Position numbers and translations under genes: made by a program
Shown: piece by piece, positions 41,027-50,723 of the stretch
How the letters are laid out: every line of letters starts with the position of its first letter
Numbering within the stretch: position 1 is the stretch's first letter
The notes under the pieces: model-generated
What the model saw: only the letters and a program-made list of their open reading frames with translations
The model's database searches: none
What the model was told of the DNA's origin: nothing
IMG/VR virus record: IMGVR_UViG_3300018411_000016
Length of the DNA stretch: 64,000 bases
Strand: one strand, 5' to 3'
From: an uncultured virus (IMG/VR IMGVR_UViG_3300018411_000016)
Lineage: Duplodnaviria > Heunggongvirae > Uroviricota > Caudoviricetes

Positions 41027-41551
41027 ATGGCAAATATATATGAATTAACTGGTGATTTTTTAAAAATCATGGAAATGTTACAAGACTCAGAAATCGATGA
41101 AGAAACATTACTAAATACATTAGAGTGTGTTGAATATGAAATAGAACAAAAAGCTGAAGGTTATGCAAAGATAATTAAATCAATTGAAACTGATGTAGAC
41201 GGATTATCTAAGGAAATAGAAAGACTTTCAAATAGAAAAATTACATATGAAAACAAAATTAAATGGTTGAAACAGAATTTATATGGTTGTATGAAAACCA
41301 CAGGAAAAACTAAATTCAAAACAGATTTATTTTCTTTTAACATTCAGAAAAATGGAGGAAAGAGAAAGCTTGTGGTTGATGTAGATATTGATAGATTACC
41401 AGAAGATTATCGAATTAAACAACCAGACGCAGTTGACGGTGATAAAATAAGAGAACTTCTTAAAGAAAATGGTACAGAACGAGAAGATGGTAGCTTGGTT
41501 TGTGAATATGGTCATTTAGAACCACAAGGTGAAAGTTTAAGGATTAAGTAA
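41027..41551 (+). CDS. siphovirus Gp157-family (Gam-like) protein
   Basis: IYELT, KAEGY, EIERL, FSFNIQKN, ESLRIK. Confidence 0.85.
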   Translation: MANIYELTGDFLKIMEMLQDSEIDEETLLNTLECVEYEIEQKAEGYAKIIKSIETDVDGLSKEIERLSNRKITYENKIKWLKQNLYGCMKTTGKTKFKTDLFSFNIQKNGGKRKLVVDVDIDRLPEDYRIKQPDAVDGDKIRELLKENGTEREDGSLVCEYGHLEPQGESLRIK

Positions 41552-41581
41552 AATCAAATATTTACTAGAAAATGGGAGGAG

Positions 41582-41944
41582 GTGATACCCATAGAAAATC
41601 CATTATTAAGTAAGGAAGAGTTTGTAAAAGTAATAAACCATTTAAAAGAAGCAACAGAACTTCAAGACAAAGTAAACCAATTGTTCCGCAATAGCAGAGA
41701 CAATATTGAAAATGACAACATGAACGCAGCAAGCCTTCAGATTTCACATGAGTCAATAGTTGTAAAGTTATTAGAAAAAATTATGGGAGATAACAATACG
41801 GTTTGGAGTGATATTGAATATTTTATTTACGAATTAGACTACGGTAAAAGATATAAACAGGGTTCAATAACAGATGAAGATGGAAAAGAAATTGATTTTA
41901 GCACAACAGAAAAATTATATGATTATTTAACAACTAAAAATTAA
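41582..41944 (+). CDS. hypothetical phage protein
   Basis: IEYFIYELDYG..EKLYDYL motif; core site 41548-41565 upstream. Confidence 0.7.
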   Translation: MIPIENPLLSKEEFVKVINHLKEATELQDKVNQLFRNSRDNIENDNMNAASLQISHESIVVKLLEKIMGDNNTVWSDIEYFIYELDYGKRYKQGSITDEDGKEIDFSTTEKLYDYLTTKN

Positions 41945-42006
41945 AAGAAAAGGAGACAGAGTTCCTTGCAAGGGTAAATGACTGGTCTATCTCCTAAGTG
42001 AATTGA

Positions 42007-42735
42007 ATGAAATATGTAGGTAGTAAGAACAAATTATCAAAAGAACTAGCACCAATTATTCAATCATACATAACAGAAGATACAAAAGGATACATAGAGC
42101 CATTCGTAGGTGGTGCAAACATGATTGACAAGATTAAGTGTAAGAAAAAAATAGGTTGTGACATACATAAGGAATTAATTGCTAGTCTAAAAGCCATCTC
42201 AGGAGGATGGTTACCTCCTAAAAATATAAGTGAAGAAACTTTTAATGAAATTAAAAATAGTCAACAAAATTATCCAGATTATTTATTGGGATACATAGGT
42301 TTTCAATTAACATTTGGTAGTATGTGGATGGGTTCATATAGACGAGATAAAATAGGCAAAAGAAAATATGATGAAGAAGCGTTTAAAAATGTAGCAAAGC
42401 AAGCTAATAATCTAAAAGATATTAAATTTAAAAATATATCATATAGAAATATAAATCCAGATAAGTTAAATGGTTGGGTAATTTACTGTGACCCTCCATA
42501 TAAGGGAACTATAAAATACAAAGTTGAAGAATTTGATTATTTATATTTTTACGAATGGTGTAAAAGGCTTGCCAAAAATAACATAGTTTTAATTAGCGAA
42601 TATTCTATGCCATCCGAATTTGAATGTATATGGTCAAAAGAGACAATCGTGCAGATTAATAATGTAGGAGATAAAAACAAAGATAATAAAACCAGAATAG
42701 AAAAATTATTTACATACAAAAACATAACCAAGTAA
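42007..42735 (+). CDS. DNA adenine methyltransferase (D12/Dam class)
   Basis: YVGSK, EPFVGG, YCDPPY. Confidence 0.9.
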   Translation: MKYVGSKNKLSKELAPIIQSYITEDTKGYIEPFVGGANMIDKIKCKKKIGCDIHKELIASLKAISGGWLPPKNISEETFNEIKNSQQNYPDYLLGYIGFQLTFGSMWMGSYRRDKIGKRKYDEEAFKNVAKQANNLKDIKFKNISYRNINPDKLNGWVIYCDPPYKGTIKYKVEEFDYLYFYEWCKRLAKNNIVLISEYSMPSEFECIWSKETIVQINNVGDKNKDNKTRIEKLFTYKNITK

Positions 42736-42806
42736 AACTTACTTTTTACAAGAAATTATATACTATATATTGTGTTAAATAATATTTAAAATACTATATA
42801 TAGTGT
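42732..42806 (-). promoter_or_regulatory. core site 42732-42749, 10 bp, then tandem NrdR-box pair (42760-42775, 42791-42806); inverted arrangement
   Basis: ataCTATATATTGtgt / ataCTATATATAGtgt, 31 bp apart. Confidence 0.8.
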
Positions 42807-42830
42807 ATCAAAAGGAGAATAGAAATTCAT

Positions 42831-43397
42831 TTGAAAACAGAATTAACAATAAAAATGGAAAACGCAATATATAATACAACTAGAAAAATTGGAACATTTG
42901 GATGTTTTGAAGTGACGATTGGATTTGGCGGAAAAGAGCGTGTAGACTATATTACATATGATACAAAAGGAGTTTTTAGATGTTATGAAATAAAAGTATC
43001 TAAATCCGACTTTCATAGTGCAGCCATTAAAAGTTTTGTTGGAAATTATAACTACTACGTAATGCCAAAAGAATTATACGAAGAAGTAAAAGATGAAATA
43101 TCCAAAGAAATAGGAGTTTATATAGGCGAAAACTGTATCAAAAAAGCTAAAAAACAAGAATTAAAGATAGATAGTGAAACTTTAAAGGATAGTATTATAC
43201 GTTCTTTATATCGAGACAGTGAAAAACTTATGAAATTGGAAAATAAACAGTATTTGGATAAATTAAAGAATGAATTAGAGAAACAAAGAAAGTATCTATG
43301 TGAAGAAAATTTGAAATATTCTAATTTATTAAATTTCGTTAGGGAGAATTATGGTAGAGATGCTGTGAAAAAATTCTACGAAACCAACAATTTGTGA
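42831..43397 (+). CDS. PD-(D/E)XK / MmcB-like nuclease-fold protein
   Basis: FEV..RVD..CYEIKVSKSDF. Confidence 0.75.
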   Translation: MKTELTIKMENAIYNTTRKIGTFGCFEVTIGFGGKERVDYITYDTKGVFRCYEIKVSKSDFHSAAIKSFVGNYNYYVMPKELYEEVKDEISKEIGVYIGENCIKKAKKQELKIDSETLKDSIIRSLYRDSEKLMKLENKQYLDKLKNELEKQRKYLCEENLKYSNLLNFVRENYGRDAVKKFYETNNL

Positions 43398-43479
43398 ATA
43401 TTTTGAAAAAATAATAAGATAAAATTTAAACACATTTTTACTTTACGTGTGGTACAGGGACAATTAAGAGGAGAAAACA

Positions 43480-43686
43480 ATGTTTGAGAATATTAAAAAA
43501 CTATTTTGTAATCACAAATACATAATGTATTCAAAAACCAAACCTTATTATATTTCTTGTGGAGATGAATGGCAAGATAGAAAGAGTCGAGAATATTATA
43601 TGGTTTGTTCAAAATGTGGAAAATCTATATCAGTTATAAAAGATTGGAGTTCTATAGATACTGATAAACAGGATTATTGGGAGTAG
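43480..43686 (+). CDS. small Zn-binding phage protein
   Basis: KLFCNHKY...CSKCGK. Confidence 0.65.
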   Translation: MFENIKKLFCNHKYIMYSKTKPYYISCGDEWQDRKSREYYMVCSKCGKSISVIKDWSSIDTDKQDYWE

Positions 43687-43724
43687 AGCCTACCAAATAG
43701 AAGAAAGGCTTGCAGGAGGAAAAT

Positions 43725-43868
43725 ATGAATAAAAAGTATGTAATTGAATTTACAAATATTAATCCAGATTATCAAGAAGATGTAGAAGGTAATTTAGAAG
43801 ATTTATTTTACAACGTAGTGGAATTTGCAATAGATATAAAAATAACAGATGTAACAGATGATGAATAG
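43725..43868 (+). CDS. small acidic protein (47 aa)
   Basis: AGGAGG RBS, ATG 43725. Confidence 0.55.
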   Translation: MNKKYVIEFTNINPDYQEDVEGNLEDLFYNVVEFAIDIKITDVTDDE

Positions 43869-43897
43869 AATACAGATTAAAAAGGAGAATATACTAA

Positions 43898-45178
43898 ATG
43901 GATGAAGTAATTAAGATTTTCAAAGAAATTCAAGCTACAAGTAGTAAGAATGAGAAACAAGCCATTATAGCACGAAATAAAGACAATGAATTATTCAAGA
44001 AGTGCTTAATCTTTCTTCTTGATAGTAATATTGTTACTGGACTAAGCAAAGCCAAAATTAATAAGAAGATTAGGAGAATACCGTATTATACTACACTTAA
44101 CCATAAATTTGAAGAGTGTATGAAGTATCTTAAAGATAATAATACAGGAACAGATTTAGATATTGCAAATATACAATACTTTATCGAAAGCCAACCTGAA
44201 GAACATCAAGACTTCTATGAGCAGATGATAACTAAAAGTTTGAAAATTGGATGTGATGATAAAACAGTAAATAAAGCTATTCCAGATTTAATTCCTACAT
44301 GGGAAGTACAGCTAGGTTCAGCATATGATAAATTAAAGCTGAAGAAGAATGAGTATTTTTATCTTTCACAGAAATTAAATGGTAATAGATGTTCGTTTGT
44401 CAAGGACAAATTAATGAGTAGACAAGGCAAAGAGTTTAAAGGATTTCAACATATTATAGATGATATACATACGGCTGGGTTAGACGATTACTTCATTGAT
44501 GGAGAACTAATACGTAAAAACATAGATAATATATCAGATGGTGAAAACTTTAGATTAGGAACTGGTATAATCAATTCAGATGTAGATACAAAAGATGAAA
44601 TTAAATTAGTTATCTTTGATATGTTTCCTGCCGAGGAACTTACTAATAAACGGTCAACTGAAAATTATAGCACCAGAAAGAATAACTTAAACACATTAAG
44701 TAGAGTAATTAAAGTAAGGGGATTACATAATATTGAAGTTGTTACAATGGTATATGAGGGAACTGACACTACAGAGATTGATAAATGGTTGCAATATGCC
44801 GTAGATAATGATTTCGAAGGACTTATGATTAATAAGGATACCCCTTATGTTTGTAAACGTACCACAGATTTAATCAAGGCTAAAAGGTTCTATACTATGG
44901 ATTTAGAAGTGGTAGATGTATTAGAGGGTGAGGGTCGATTAAAAGGTACTCTAGGTGCATTAGTAGTCAAATTCAAAGACAATACTGTGAATGTAGGTAG
45001 TGGATATAGTGACGAGCAGCGTAGTTATATTTGGAACAATAAAGACAATATGCTTGGCAAAATCATTGAAATAAAATACAAAGAGATTACCAAAGATAAA
45101 AAGACTGGTTTGGAAAGCTTGCAATTCCCTGTATTTGTGCAGATTAGAAACGATAAGACAGAAGAAAGTTATGAATAA
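43898..45178 (+). CDS. lig: ATP-dependent DNA ligase
   Basis: SQKLNGNR (motif I), IDGEL, FEGLM, KAK, VGSG. Confidence 0.92.
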   Translation: MDEVIKIFKEIQATSSKNEKQAIIARNKDNELFKKCLIFLLDSNIVTGLSKAKINKKIRRIPYYTTLNHKFEECMKYLKDNNTGTDLDIANIQYFIESQPEEHQDFYEQMITKSLKIGCDDKTVNKAIPDLIPTWEVQLGSAYDKLKLKKNEYFYLSQKLNGNRCSFVKDKLMSRQGKEFKGFQHIIDDIHTAGLDDYFIDGELIRKNIDNISDGENFRLGTGIINSDVDTKDEIKLVIFDMFPAEELTNKRSTENYSTRKNNLNTLSRVIKVRGLHNIEVVTMVYEGTDTTEIDKWLQYAVDNDFEGLMINKDTPYVCKRTTDLIKAKRFYTMDLEVVDVLEGEGRLKGTLGALVVKFKDNTVNVGSGYSDEQRSYIWNNKDNMLGKIIEIKYKEITKDKKTGLESLQFPVFVQIRNDKTEESYE

Positions 45179-45250
45179 AGTTTATATCTTGTAACAGCAA
45201 AGTTTTACACAAAATAAATTAAACAACATTTAAAAAAGGTAGGTAGATTA

Positions 45251-46093
45251 ATGGAAAATACATATATAAAAAGTCCACTCAATTATGTTGGAGGTAAATA
45301 CAAATTATTAAAAGATATTATCCCATTGTTTCCAGAAGATATAAATGCTTTTGTAGATTTGTTTGGTGGTGGATTTAATATTGGCATAAATGTAAAAGCA
45401 GCTCATGTTATTTATAATGATATTAGTTCTCATGTTACAAGTCTACTTGAGCATATGTCAAGAACAGAAACATCAACTTTATTAGGAGAAATAGATAGTT
45501 ATATTGATAAATATTCTCTTACAAAAGAAAATAAAGAAGGATACTTGAAATTAAGAGAAGATTATAATACAAATGATAAATCTCCTATGAAATTTTACAC
45601 ACTGTTGTGTTATGCTTTTAATAATCAAATAAGATTTAATAATCAAGGTTTGTATAATATGCCATTTGGTAAAGATAGAAGTAGTTTTAATCCTACTTTG
45701 AGAGAGAAATTTATAATATTTTCAAATCAAATACATAGCAATAAATATTCTTTTAAAAATGAACCATTTAAAAATTTTGATTTTTCAGGACTTTCAGGCA
45801 ATGATTTTGTATATGCAGACCCTCCATATTTTAATAGTGTAGCAACATATAATGAAAAAGATGGTTGGACTGAAGATAATGAGAAAGATTTACTCAATAT
45901 ATTAGATGAGCTTAATGGCAAAGGCGTAAGATTTGCATTATCCAATAATCTCAAATATGATAATCCTTTATTAGACAAATGGAAAGACAAGTACAATGTA
46001 AATTATATTAACCATAGTTATAGTAATTGTAATTATCAGAAAAAAGATAAGAGTAAAGACATAGAAGTCTTAATTACTAACTACACAAAATAA
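45251..46093 (+). CDS. DNA adenine methyltransferase (Dam class)
   Basis: YVGGK, DLFGGG, RFN..G.YNMPFG, YADPPY; core site 45191-45208 upstream. Confidence 0.9.
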   Translation: MENTYIKSPLNYVGGKYKLLKDIIPLFPEDINAFVDLFGGGFNIGINVKAAHVIYNDISSHVTSLLEHMSRTETSTLLGEIDSYIDKYSLTKENKEGYLKLREDYNTNDKSPMKFYTLLCYAFNNQIRFNNQGLYNMPFGKDRSSFNPTLREKFIIFSNQIHSNKYSFKNEPFKNFDFSGLSGNDFVYADPPYFNSVATYNEKDGWTEDNEKDLLNILDELNGKGVRFALSNNLKYDNPLLDKWKDKYNVNYINHSYSNCNYQKKDKSKDIEVLITNYTK

Positions 46094-46222
46094 ATTAAAT
46101 GAATTTAATGGAAAGCATTGACAAGGTAATTATTAGGTAGTATAATAAACCATATCGTAAGAGAGATAATACATATAAGTAAGGTGCGGTATGGTTTTAA
46201 TTGTGATAATAAATTAAATGAA
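46091..46222 (+). promoter_or_regulatory. sigma-A promoter with flanking boxes
   Basis: TTGACA 46118, TATAAT 46141; boxes at 46091 and 46210. Confidence 0.85.
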
Positions 46223-46259
46223 TTGTAAATGAACCATTAAAAGATAAGGAGACATTAAG

Positions 46260-46670
46260 ATGAGAGAAAAAAAGAATTATTGGGAAGAAATAGTTAGGGT
46301 ATTTGGGTTTGAGTTGGGAGAAGAATTTAATATAATAGATGAAAATGGTAGTCAAACCCCATTTTCTCCGTATAAATTTACTGAGTGTGGAATACTAGAT
46401 AAAGATGGGGACAATGCATCAACCATTTTAGTAATATTGATTAACGATGAGTATACAATTGAGAGATTACCTTGGAAACCAGAATATAGAGATACATATT
46501 GGTGTGTTTATATCGGTGGAGACGATGTTTATAAAACACACTGGAGCAACGATACTACAGACCATATGCGTTATAAACTTGGCAATTATTTTAAGACGAG
46601 AGAAGAAGCTATAAAAAACAAAGATAAAATCATCGAAATGCTACAATCGGACGAAGTGTTTGTACAATAA
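46260..46670 (+). CDS. hypothetical phage protein
   Basis: AAGGAG RBS; LGNYFKTREEA motif. Confidence 0.7.
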   Translation: MREKKNYWEEIVRVFGFELGEEFNIIDENGSQTPFSPYKFTECGILDKDGDNASTILVILINDEYTIERLPWKPEYRDTYWCVYIGGDDVYKTHWSNDTTDHMRYKLGNYFKTREEAIKNKDKIIEMLQSDEVFVQ

Positions 46671-46688
46671 ACAAATAATCAAAATTAT

Positions 46689-46763
46689 ATACTATATGTA
46701 GTAATAAATTAAATAATAAACACTATATATAGTATATAATTTCTGGTAAAACAGATATTTTAC
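46689..46763 (+). promoter_or_regulatory. tandem NrdR-box pair (46689-46704, 46720-46735), 10 bp, then core site 46746-46763
   Basis: ataCTATATGTAGtaa / acaCTATATATAGtat, 31 bp apart. Confidence 0.8.
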
Positions 46764-46778
46764 AAGGATGGTGAATTA

Positions 46779-46994
46779 ATGCCTAGAAAAGAAATTAAAT
46801 ATTATTGTAACATTTGTGGTAAAGTACATATGATTGAAAATGAAGCTATAGAGTGTGAGAAAAGTCACTTAATACCTATTAAAGTTAAACAATTAGATTA
46901 TGATATGGTAAACATTGAAAATAGATATCCTACTTCGGTATTAGTTGACTTCGATAATGGTAATAGTGTTAAGTATTACAGAAAGGAGTATTGA
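46779..46994 (+). CDS. small C2H2-like Zn-binding protein
   Basis: YCNICGK...A.ECEKSH. Confidence 0.65.
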   Translation: MPRKEIKYYCNICGKVHMIENEAIECEKSHLIPIKVKQLDYDMVNIENRYPTSVLVDFDNGNSVKYYRKEY

Positions 46995-47090
46995 GAGTGA
47001 AAAAGAAGAATTATTAAAAGAAAAAGAGTATTTAGATTTTTTTAAAAAAGAATTGGATGAATATAATAGCTTACAAAAGGATGATAAATA

Positions 47091-47543
47091 ATGAGGGAAA
47101 TTTTATTTAGAGGGAAACAAAAATATGGTAGTCGGTGGGTGTATGGGTATCTTGCGGAAATAGAAACGGCTTGGGATAGATATGAATACGGCTCATTGCC
47201 TACCGAATACGAAGAAGTGATTATAAGAACTGATTTGCTCATAAGAGAATCAGTTGCAATTATCCCCGAAACTGTAGGGCAGTACACAGGGCTAGAGGAT
47301 AAGAATGGAAAGAAGATATTTGAGGGGGATATTGTTAAAGATAAATGGAAAGGGTTAGGAATTGTTGAATATTCAGAAAATAATGGCTGTTGGTTGTCAA
47401 TCCCTTGTGAAGATGGTTTATATCAATGTTTTAAAGATGGGGACATTAGCGAATCTGACTGTAGTAATTTTAATGTATTGATGCAACAAGGAGAGATTAT
47501 CGGCAATATCCATGACAATCCAGAGTTGTTAAGGGAGGAGTGA
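47091..47543 (+). CDS. yopX: YopX-family protein
   Basis: REILFRGK, VGQYTGL.DKNGKKIFEGDI, IGNIHDNPELL. Confidence 0.92.
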   Translation: MREILFRGKQKYGSRWVYGYLAEIETAWDRYEYGSLPTEYEEVIIRTDLLIRESVAIIPETVGQYTGLEDKNGKKIFEGDIVKDKWKGLGIVEYSENNGCWLSIPCEDGLYQCFKDGDISESDCSNFNVLMQQGEIIGNIHDNPELLREE

Positions 47544-47700
47544 AATGATAAGTATTTCGTTAAGAGATAAAAAAGTTGCAGAAAATTTAAAGGTTATCAA
47601 TGAATTAAAGCAATTGGGGTTTTCAAATGAAGAAATACAAGAAATATATGACAAACAACTAAAAGAGAATGAGGTGACGAGTATTGATTTATCATGCCTT

Positions 47701-47718
47701 GTAAAATAACAATTTTAC
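47701..47718. repeat. core site GTAAAA-TAACAA-TTTTAC
   Basis: perfect consensus. Confidence 0.85.
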
Positions 47719-47929
47719 CATGACATGAGATAGGAAAGTAAAATAAATAAGGGGTGGTTTTACGAAAGTTCAAACAGTAATAAGAACTAGGGAAAGACAA
47801 AGTAGTTATTTGCATGAGCCAGCTGCATATGTTAACTTAAAAAATCTGCTAGGTGATGGTTGGATTGTTATTTTATGTAAGGAAATAGGTGACGAATTAG
47901 AATATATTTTGGAAAAGGAGAGTTGAGGA

Positions 47930-48355
47930 ATGGGCGAGATAGAACAGGCAATTGGAATATTAGAAACACATAAGGAGAGTATTAATATTCTTACAAGTTA
48001 TAACTTATCTCCGTCAGCGATAACAAATAGCATAGATTTAGCCATTCAAGCCCTACAGGAAAAGCTGGAACGTGAGGAAGGTTTTGAATTTGAATCATCA
48101 AGACGTGATAGAGAAGACCGTTGCAAACATCGTTGTTGCAATATTTGCGACAGATTAAGACAGGAAAAGGCAGAGAGGGAGAGCCCCAAACCGCTAATAT
48201 CCGATGTTGATGGTTGGGAAATGCTTTGTCCTCATTGCGACACTGATTTAATGGGTGAGTTTTCAGACCCAGACGAAGAAAAATATTGTCCGTTTTGCGG
48301 TGGTGCAGTTGACTTTAGAAAAGCTTTATGTGGTAGAAAGCTGGTGAAGGAATGA
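47930..48355 (+). CDS. Zn-ribbon phage protein
   Basis: CPHC, YCPFCG. Confidence 0.7.
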   Translation: MGEIEQAIGILETHKESINILTSYNLSPSAITNSIDLAIQALQEKLEREEGFEFESSRRDREDRCKHRCCNICDRLRQEKAERESPKPLISDVDGWEMLCPHCDTDLMGEFSDPDEEKYCPFCGGAVDFRKALCGRKLVKE

Positions 48356-48672
48356 ATTGTATAAAAGACGGCAGATATACGGGCGATTCATGTTTTGGGT
48401 GCAAAATAAAAGTAGATGACTGTGAAATAAGAGATAAGGTTTATCGTAATAGATGGATACCTGTAAGTGAGAGGTTGCCAGCTATTATTGATGGAAGTTT
48501 AGACCATAGTGAGCTATATCTAGTAACTGTAAAAAATGATAAAAGAACATATGTATACCTTGCTTATTTCGGCAGTTGCAATGGATTTACAGGATTATTT
48601 GGTGGAGATTGGAATGATTATGTTATTGCATGGCAACCACTACCAGAACCGTATAAGGATGTGACCAAATGA
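48352..48672 (+). CDS. DUF551-like protein
   Basis: WIPVSERLP...VIAWQPLPEPY. Confidence 0.85.
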   Translation: MNCIKDGRYTGDSCFGCKIKVDDCEIRDKVYRNRWIPVSERLPAIIDGSLDHSELYLVTVKNDKRTYVYLAYFGSCNGFTGLFGGDWNDYVIAWQPLPEPYKDVTK

Positions 48673-49073
48673 ATGGATTACTTAAAAAGAAAGTTACATA
48701 TGAAGGAAATGGGTATCTTGTAGAACTACACAACAAGTATGGGTTTGTTAATACTACATTTGTAAATATTAAAATTAAAAAACTATTCTACTATAAACCA
48801 TTGGATACTATTCGAGTTGACGAGATTAATTTATATCAATATAAAGACAGTCCTGATTACTATATTAAAATTATAGAAGTGGCTTTTGACAAATATACAA
48901 AAGATAACCAGATTAAGAACAAAGAAAAATTAAAAGAGACACGATTAAAAGAGTGGGGTGGTAAGATAGAAACATTAATAATACCACCACCAAAAGGTGT
49001 GAATATAGAAATTGGTAGTCCAAATGTACCTTTACCATATGGTATACCCAAACCACCTCCATCGGCTAGATAG
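48669..49073 (+). CDS. hypothetical protein with Pro-rich tail
   Basis: ATGA-coupled ORF. Confidence 0.6.
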   Translation: MNGLLKKKVTYEGNGYLVELHNKYGFVNTTFVNIKIKKLFYYKPLDTIRVDEINLYQYKDSPDYYIKIIEVAFDKYTKDNQIKNKEKLKETRLKEWGGKIETLIIPPPKGVNIEIGSPNVPLPYGIPKPPPSAR

Positions 49074-49282
49074 AGTATAAGGTAATATAATGTATGTTTT
49101 ACACAGGTAATATTAGAAAGGGGTTGACCTCAAATTAGATACCAAGATATAACAATAGAACAAGCTTTGCACTATCAAGAGCAAGGATACATAGTAGTTT
49201 GTGATGGTGATTATTTAGTTGTAAGTATTAAAAAAGAAGATGTTAAAACAAATTAAACAAATACATAGAAAAAGAGGAATGT

Positions 49283-49762
49283 ATGACACAAATTATATTA
49301 ACCATTTGCATGAAAATATTAGACAGTTTCGTAACAACTACAAAGTCAATCTTCGTGTACAAGAATAAAACTTTACTAGCTTCATTAATGGTAGGATTTT
49401 CAAATTTCTTATTCATTACAGTAATAGGAAATGTAGTATTATCAAACAGTATTTATATAAATATGTTTGTTGGATTATCTTCAGCAATAGGAGCTTATGG
49501 AGCTATGAAACTAAACAATTGGTTTTCAAAAGACAGATTGTACTTTAATCTGATTACCTGCGACTCAAGAGAAGCCGTAGTATATTTTGTTGAATATCTA
49601 CGATTACATAAGATTGAAAACATTGTTACGGATAGCTATACAAAAGAATGGACTAAAACATTGGCAGTACAAGCATTTGCAAACACAAGAAAACAAAGTA
49701 AATTAATTAATAAGTTCTTAGATGAAAACAGTACAAAGTATCTACGCAAGATTTTAGAATAG
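49283..49762 (+). CDS. membrane protein (DUF5698/DUF2179-like)
   Basis: three hydrophobic helices plus soluble C-terminal domain. Confidence 0.6.
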   Translation: MTQIILTICMKILDSFVTTTKSIFVYKNKTLLASLMVGFSNFLFITVIGNVVLSNSIYINMFVGLSSAIGAYGAMKLNNWFSKDRLYFNLITCDSREAVVYFVEYLRLHKIENIVTDSYTKEWTKTLAVQAFANTRKQSKLINKFLDENSTKYLRKILE

Positions 49763-49773
49763 GGAGTGATATT

Positions 49774-50010
49774 ATTTACTACTGCAAAGATTGTGGAAAC
49801 ATTTTTTCAAAAACAAAAACTATAACAGAGCAACACGGTCTAACAATTCCACCATATGAACACATCGAAGTATGTCCTATATGTAATAGTACCGATTTCA
49901 AGGAAACATACAGATGTGCTTTATGTGGTGATTATATAGATGATGATTACATTATACTTGACGATGGAAAGAAGGTGTGTCAAGGTTGCCATGTAAAAGT
50001 TGAATTTTAA
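49774..50010 (+). CDS. Cys-rich Zn-finger protein, probable ATT start, not in track
   Basis: YYCKDCG..CPIC..CALC..CQGC; GGAGTG RBS; ends in core site 49993-50010. Confidence 0.7.
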   Translation: MYYCKDCGNIFSKTKTITEQHGLTIPPYEHIEVCPICNSTDFKETYRCALCGDYIDDDYIILDDGKKVCQGCHVKVEF

Positions 50011-50049
50011 TAGGAATAAGGAGGTGGTGGTATCAGGGTATTTAAAAGA

Positions 50050-50631
50050 ATGTTGGTAATAATACCTTTACCATTATTACTAGCAAGTTCGTTAAATTAT
50101 CAAGCTGTACCAGAAGAAAACAAATTAAATGAATATGCAAAAAATACAGAAACAAGTATAGAAACAAATTCTGTTGTTTTTACAACGGAAATCAAAACGG
50201 TTGATTTTTCAGCTATAGAAGTTACTGAAGATAATAAAGTAGTGGAAGTTTCAACTCCTGTCAAATCTTATTCAGATAGTGACTTAGACTTACTAGCAAG
50301 ATTGATACACGCTGAAGCTGGCTGTAGTTGGATGACAGATGAACTACAAATGAGTGTAGGAAACGTAGTTTTAAATCGAGTAACCGATGATAGATTTCCA
50401 AACACAATTGAAGAAGTCATATATCAAAAAGGTCAATATGCTTGTATTAAAAATGGTATGATTGATAATAAACCGTCTGAACAAGCTGTTAATAATGCTA
50501 GAAGATTGTTAGAGGGTGAAAGAGTTTTGCCAGAGAATGTTATATGGCAATCAGAATTTCCACAAGGGGATAAAGTTTATAAAACATATCCAGATGAGAT
50601 ATTAGGGAACACAACTTATTTCTGTTACTAA
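50050..50631 (+). CDS. cell wall hydrolase (SleB/Hydrolase_2)
   Basis: LLARLIHAEA, VGNVVLNRV..FPNTI.EVIYQ.GQY; N-terminal signal-like segment. Confidence 0.9.
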   Translation: MLVIIPLPLLLASSLNYQAVPEENKLNEYAKNTETSIETNSVVFTTEIKTVDFSAIEVTEDNKVVEVSTPVKSYSDSDLDLLARLIHAEAGCSWMTDELQMSVGNVVLNRVTDDRFPNTIEEVIYQKGQYACIKNGMIDNKPSEQAVNNARRLLEGERVLPENVIWQSEFPQGDKVYKTYPDEILGNTTYFCY

Positions 50632-50723
50632 TGCCTGTGACAGACGATAGAAATTGTCAAGGTGAATAGCTATAGGATAAATTAAATAAAAACGCTGTGA
50701 CAAGCATAGGAGGATAATAATTA

